From assembly GCA_964016885.1 (NCBI GenBank), contig OZ024741.1, positions 329,468,001 through 329,532,000 on the forward strand: a stretch of 64,000 bases of DNA, written 5' to 3'. The notes beneath the pieces were generated by a model, which did no database searches, was not told the origin of the DNA, and was given only the letters and a program-made list of their open reading frames with translations. This document shows positions 57,163 to 64,000 of the stretch, piece by piece. The stretch's first letter is position 1; the number at the start of each line of letters is the position of its first letter. The position numbers and the translations under genes were made by a program. This stretch comes from Eledone cirrhosa (taxonomy: Eukaryota).

Positions 57163-57445
57163 GAGGGAGAGATTATGAAAGTCACCAAATTTATTTTAGT
57201 GACCACTGGACAATGATATAACAAGTGCGCAGTTGATTGGCTGTGCGTTGCATTACAAAGCAGACACATAGTTTGCTAGCGAGTATTATGGCAGTGTTCA
57301 TCTACTGGTTACGCCGAAAACGATCTAATGGACGGAATTCCGTTTCGTTGCAATTACAAAAAGTGCTATACAATTACGAAAAGTGCTATACCCAGAGGAT
57401 TGAGTAATATCGGCATTTATTACGCAATCTGGGCAGATTACAACT

Positions 57446-57499
<54 letters not shown>

Positions 57500-57656
57500 G
57501 TATGGGCACAAACGAAAGAAAGGAGCAATCAACACACTATTTTGAAATTGACAATATTTAAACTAGCAGTTTTAAGATGTAAACTTGTCTAACTCATCTT
57601 TTACACTTTACTCGAAATATCTTTACTTAAATATCTTCGTATGACAATGTTGTATC

Positions 57657-57747
<91 letters not shown>

Positions 57748-57831
57748 AGGGGATGTCCGTGTGTGTGTGTGTGCGTGCGTATGTGTGTGATAATTTAATT
57801 TTGGTAAATTCATTTTGATTTTAGTTCAATA

Positions 57832-57866
57832 ATTTTTTCTTCTTTTCTTTTTTTGTCTCTTTGCAG
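57832..57866 (+). promoter_or_regulatory. Polypyrimidine tract and 3' splice acceptor, probably opening the GPCR terminal exon
   Basis: tttttcttcttttctttttttgtctctttgcag|, about 720 nt upstream of the GPCR ATG. Confidence 0.6.
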
Positions 57867-57895
57867 TTTCGAAAAAAACAAGCCTAAGCCAACTG

Positions 57896-57939
<44 letters not shown>

Positions 57940-58586
57940 GCTGCTGCTACTACTACTACCACTACTACAATATACTAGTGTGTTGGAAGATCGAATGATC
58001 TGGGATCGAATTGAATAAGATCAAGGATGTTTTGATGATTCTACAAACTAAACCTAAACTCTTCATGACAGTATACGTTATAAAATACGTTCACTAATAC
58101 ATTCATTTGGAATTGGCACATATATATATATATTAGTGGAATTTTCAACGGAAATAGGCTTACACGTAAGCCTATTATACACACAAACATAAAAATAAAC
58201 GTTATACACACACATATATATTTATATATTATACATACATTTGTATGAAATGGAAGTAAAGTTAAATAAACAATGCATATATGTATATATGTTGGTCAGA
58301 TTCAGCTGAAATAGGTTTATATACATAAGCCTATTAAAACGAAGTGTTATATTATAGCACAATAAAGAATATACATTTGTATATATTATATGATATGAAA
58401 ACATTTATGTATGAATGAAAACTTTTAATAATACAATATATATATATATTTATATATTTATATATAACTAAAATACAGAGAAACATCAAGGAGTGAATAG
58501 GACTCCCTGCCGTCCAAAAGGTTTTGTCGAGGCCTTTTTTTTACAGTCATTTTCTACTGTATTTGGTTTTTGTATTGAACGAAATC

Positions 58587-59825
58587 ATGTCCGCCAGTGG
58601 AAGTCCCGGTTTACCGGGCTCAATTGATTTTCTACCAGAGGGTTGTAATATTACTGATGACATCTTGATAAAAAGCTCCGTACAAGAACTATACGAATTC
58701 AGCGAACGATATGCTGACATACACGGCTACGTTAGTGCTATAGTGTGCACGTTCGGTTTCATGGCGAATTTGGCGAACATCGTGTGCCTAACCCGACGCA
58801 ATATGATCTCGCCGACAAATCTCATCCTGACGTGGCTTGCCGTAGCTGATATGCTGACGATGATGTCGTATTTCCCATTCGCCCTTCATTTCTACATTCT
58901 CCGTGACAGAGACATTCCGCGATTGCACACACGCAGCTACGGCTGGATCGTGCTCTTACTGTTCCATGCCAACTTTACCATAGTCACACACACCATTGCC
59001 ATTGGACTTACCATAGCACTGGCAATCTTTCGATATATATACATTTGTTTTCCCATCAGGGGTAGTGAACTTTGCAATCTAAAACGCTCCAAGCAGACCA
59101 TTTTAATCGTACACCTGAGCACTATAGTCGTTTGTATTCCAAACTATATTTTAAATACAATTGAAGTATATCCGCCAACTGGTCACACTTACAGGTATAT
59201 TCCAACCAGAAGTAACTTCTCCCAACTGAGCAATGTCAGTTCGATTCCTTACCAGGAATACAGTTACAAAATAGGTACGAGCAACTACATGTTTTTGCAT
59301 ATCATTCAAACTATAAACAACTGGGTACAGGCCATTCTCATCAAGCTGGTGCCGTGTGTCACGCTAACTATTCTCACCATCTTGCTCATTATGGTTATGC
59401 ATAAAGCCCACAAAAAGAGAATGAAGCTGAAATCTCAAGGACGCAAAGACGAATCGGACCGCCACGGAGAATACAATCGAGCCACTGGCATGCTGTTGGC
59501 GGTTGTAATGCTGTTTCTATTGACTGAACTACCGCAAGGGATACTAACACTTTTGAGTAGCTTCATCAGCAACTTCTTCCTGTGCGTTTACATGCCTCTC
59601 GGAGACGTGCTCGATATAATGGCGCTCTGTAACAACGCCATCAACTTTGTCCTCTACTGCACCATGAGTCGCCAGTTCCGCGAGACATTCGTGGCGACTT
59701 TCTTCAACTGTTGTCCGCAAAGACCAGGTTGGTTGAAGTTGAAGCTCATTACGGCCACTCAGTCCAGCAATACAGCCACCACAGTAAATAACCACAGCAA
59801 CAACACAAAGACGACCAACGTATAA
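58587..59825 (+). CDS. Rhodopsin-class 7TM neuropeptide GPCR, DmsR-1/myosuppressin(myomodulin)-receptor/sex-peptide-receptor-like; single coding exon
   Basis: Uninterrupted ORF (track 58524-59825; first ATG at 58587, MSASGSPG...). Seven hydrophobic segments with HGYVSAIVCTFGFMANLANIVCLTRRNM, SPTNLILTWLAVAD, LAIFRYIYIC (DRY equivalent), FLLTELPQGIL and NNAINFVLYCTMSRQFRETF (NPxxY equivalent), typical of the DmsR/SPR group. Confidence 0.92.
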   Translation: MSASGSPGLPGSIDFLPEGCNITDDILIKSSVQELYEFSERYADIHGYVSAIVCTFGFMANLANIVCLTRRNMISPTNLILTWLAVADMLTMMSYFPFALHFYILRDRDIPRLHTRSYGWIVLLLFHANFTIVTHTIAIGLTIALAIFRYIYICFPIRGSELCNLKRSKQTILIVHLSTIVVCIPNYILNTIEVYPPTGHTYRYIPTRSNFSQLSNVSSIPYQEYSYKIGTSNYMFLHIIQTINNWVQAILIKLVPCVTLTILTILLIMVMHKAHKKRMKLKSQGRKDESDRHGEYNRATGMLLAVVMLFLLTELPQGILTLLSSFISNFFLCVYMPLGDVLDIMALCNNAINFVLYCTMSRQFRETFVATFFNCCPQRPGWLKLKLITATQSSNTATTVNNHSNNTKTTNV

Positions 59826-60325
59826 ATTTTTTTAATTGAAAAAATTAAAAATATATATATAGAAAATAGAAATACAAATAAAATACTATAAAATAGAAAT
59901 TAATGTGAAAAAATAATATGAAAAAGAAAAACAATGCGGAAAATCAATGTGAAACTATAAATATTGAAAAGCAATGTGGATGTGGGAAAAAAGTGATTTT
60001 AAAAATTGCTCATTACACTCACATTGACTCCGTGCTGAGGTAGAACGAACTGCTCATTGGATATGATATACACTGAATATGAAGAGAGAACATTGAGAGA
60101 TATGCCACTGAGATGTATATGATAAATAGATATCTCAAAATGACTGAATATAATATATAACTTCATTATATACTACTACATTCACTACTTATTACGGCCA
60201 CGGAGACCCAGCAATACACCCACCACGATAAACAAAAAGAACTCCTGCAAACACCACAAAAACTACAAATAAACGTGTAAAACTCAAACACTAAAAAAAT
60301 ATCTTGCAATTCAAAAAAGAAAATG

Positions 60326-60400
<75 letters not shown>

Positions 60401-60425
60401 CATACATATGAATACATATACATAT

Positions 60426-60458
<33 letters not shown>

Positions 60459-60496
60459 TACATATACATACATATACATATATACTTACTTATATA

Positions 60497-60559
<63 letters not shown>

Positions 60560-60634
60560 ATATACACATATATATATATACATACATATATATTTGTATA
60601 TATATATACATATATACTTACATATATATATATG

Positions 60635-60674
<40 letters not shown>

Positions 60675-60699
60675 AATATATATACATAAATATATATAA

Positions 60700-60783
<84 letters not shown>

Positions 60784-61180
60784 TTATACATATACATATA
60801 TAATTTCGAATTTTGAAAATAATTGAAATAAAATAAAGTTTTTAAAAAAAAGAATAAAATAATGTGAATATATAAACTAGTGTGGAAAATAACTTTCGAT
60901 GGGAAAAAGAAAAAACAGAAAAAACAATGGATTCATGGAATCCATATTAACTGGGTGCTGAGAGAAGTGTGCCGTTTCAGTATGACGGAAAGTTGTGTCG
61001 AGAGAACATTGAAAAACATGACACTTAAATATGTGATCAACATCTCTTAACTTCTTACAAACGTCAGTATATACAAACCATCACAAAGTGTCACAGACAA
61101 AAAAAAAAAAATTAAATCAACAAAATGTATTCTGTGTTAGCGGTTAATAGGTGTACATACATATATACATGCACACCCGC

Positions 61181-61227
<47 letters not shown>

Positions 61228-61231
61228 TATG

Positions 61232-61289
<58 letters not shown>

Positions 61290-61338
61290 TAGATAGATAT
61301 ATATATATATACTCACATATACATATATATATATATAT

Positions 61339-61393
<55 letters not shown>

Positions 61394-61742
61394 TATATAT
61401 ATATAAAATTTTATATATATATATATACACACACACACATATTAATATATACATACATATTTATACAAATATATATACATACATATTTATATTCATATAT
61501 ATAATTCGATTATAAATCAAATATTGAGCGTTTTTTTTTAAATAATGCCAAGCCATGACTTTCGAGGACAAATATTTTTTGTATAATTCACTTGTTACAG
61601 TTTTTGTTGTTATTGTTGTTGTTGTTGTTGTTGTTGTTGTTATTGTTGTTGTTATTGTTTCAATTTATCACCCAGCCACACGTCCATTCCATTGCTGTGA
61701 GTAAAGACAGACACAATAGCATACATTTAACAAACACACATA

Positions 61743-61844
<102 letters not shown>

Positions 61845-62191
61845 GATACAATATTGTCATACGAAGATATTTAAGTTTCGTTGGGTTTAACACCATATAT
61901 GGCAGTTTGAATGATTTGGTGTTAAATCGAACGAAACTTAGGTATCATGCTACTGTTGTAACTGATTATACATAACTCAAACCACGGACTTAGTGCTCTA
62001 GACTCTTGGATATCTATACTAAGTTTGTATTACAATATATATATATTATAAAACATATATGTACATATAGAGTAACGAGTCAACTGAAACTGAGTATATG
62101 TTTATATAAATATATAATTATACATATTGAATATATAGAAATGTAAACGTGTCAAATTTTCGTATTACACTATGGATGTTTGTTGATGTAT

Positions 62192-62240
62192 ATATTTTCT
62201 GATGAGATCATAATAATGGTTGAAATTCGATTAAGGATAT
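62192..62240 (+). ncRNA. Type I hammerhead ribozyme with one mismatch in stem III
   Basis: atatttt ctgatga gatcat aata atggtt gaaa ttcgat ta aggatat. Confidence 0.6.
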
Positions 62241-62424
62241 CCGTCATTTTTTTTTTTTCAATCTACTATGAAATACGTAAGATTGCCACGTTTACATGAA
62301 TGTATTTTTAATATGGATATTTATATACACATTTACGCAGTCTGTGATAACTCTGTACTCTACCTATACAGATGTGAATTTATCATATATTTTGGTTGAT
62401 TGATGCAGAAATTGATATACATAC

Positions 62425-62513
<89 letters not shown>

Positions 62514-62534
62514 TACATATATACATATATATAC

Positions 62535-62605
<71 letters not shown>

Positions 62606-62629
62606 TATGCATATATATATATATGTATA

Positions 62630-62661
<32 letters not shown>

Positions 62662-62692
62662 GTATTTATGTATATATATATATACATATATA

Positions 62693-62746
<54 letters not shown>

Positions 62747-62770
62747 TATGCATATATATATATATGTATA

Positions 62771-62804
<34 letters not shown>

Positions 62805-62809
62805 GTATT

Positions 62810-62841
<32 letters not shown>

Positions 62842-62965
62842 CAAAATTTAAATTAAATTAAATTTAAATTAAATTAAATTAAGGGTGTCATGTCAGAGAG
62901 ACATGCACTATATCCACTGTAAAATATGCTCCAAGATTCCAATGAATAGATCCGACCATTTTATA

Positions 62966-63256
62966 TTAACTAGAAATTGATTGACATATATATATATATA
63001 AAATAAACATATGAAACAATCACAGTAGAAAGTGTGTAAGCACACGCAGCTATGTGGTAACTAATTAAAGTTTAACTAGAAGTTCAAAAATAGATACCTT
63101 ATGAAGTATCTATAAGGTAACTATTTTTGAAGTTCTAGTTAAACTTTAATTAGTTACCAGATAGCTGCGTGTGCTTACACACTTTTTACAGATTATCCAC
63201 TGTGATTGTTTCATATGTTTATTTTAGATATATATATATGTCAATCAATTTCTAGT

Positions 63257-63258
<2 letters not shown>
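62966..63258. repeat. ~290-bp near-perfect palindrome (foldback element)
   Basis: aactagaaattgattgacat...ccttat[gaagtatct]ataagg...atgtcaatcaatttctagtt. Confidence 0.85.
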
Positions 63259-63306
<48 letters not shown>

Positions 63307-63892
63307 CGTTTCTGAATTCTTATTGGCAACATGACCCTCCCAAAGTATAACAATATATATATATATATATACATGTATATAACATACATATGATACAGTA
63401 ATATAAACACGAAAAAATGCTGTACACTTGCAATATACCCACATAGGCAAAGCTATAATAAATCTGACGTCATGAAAAGTTTTGTTTTTTTTACTATGTC
63501 GTATATACGATTGATGATAATTAAACCTGTATTATTTACGACTGGTCATAAATATTATTAAGAAAGAGGAAAGCAAATTGGAGAAACTAAATGTTTCGGG
63601 TGTTGATGAGAACGGGACAGAACCAGAAGTTAGATTGCCTATGTATAGCCACTGCCTTCGGTCGTTTTTCTTGGTGTTACATTTTATAGTTGTTGTGTTT
63701 ACGCTGGAGGGTCATGTATTAACATAACCACTTTATCGAGTGATTTGTGATTGCTTCAAACAACTCGATTACTACCTGCTATATGGCAGGTACAACTTCA
63801 ATTCATACCTAATATAATTACATATATATAGACATGCATACATACATTCATACATACAGGTTTCTATATAACATATATATGTGTGATATATG

Positions 63893-63950
<58 letters not shown>

Positions 63951-63957
63951 GTATGTA

Positions 63958-64000
<43 letters not shown>

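Noticed and set aside
58524-58586. Upstream TTG start of the GPCR ORF
   Set aside because: Non-ATG start from the ORF caller. ATG 58587 is the plausible eukaryotic start.

Overview
AT-rich, microsatellite-saturated eukaryotic DNA. The SINE families and repeat landscape suggest an octopus or other cephalopod (inference). The only clear host gene is an intronless class-A neuropeptide GPCR of the DmsR/myosuppressin/SPR-like group (58587-59825, +). It is preceded by a strong splice acceptor at 57866, so much of the window may be its 5' intron. The rest is decayed mobile DNA: three Penelope-like (RT/GIY-YIG) remnants, a near full-length R4/Dong-like RLE retrotransposon plus two 3' fragments, CR1-like and RTE LINE fragments, one Rep-Hel Helitron, one non-autonomous Helitron, about 12 copies of a tRNA-derived Nin-type SINE, and several MITE-like palindromes. 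The most notable signal is a dense set of minimal type-I hammerhead ribozyme motifs: about 10 well-formed and several degenerate. They include short (TA)n-embedded inverted-repeat elements carrying a hammerhead on each strand, one with a compensatory U3-A8 catalytic core. All motifs were read and folded by eye; coordinates of decayed repeats are approximate.
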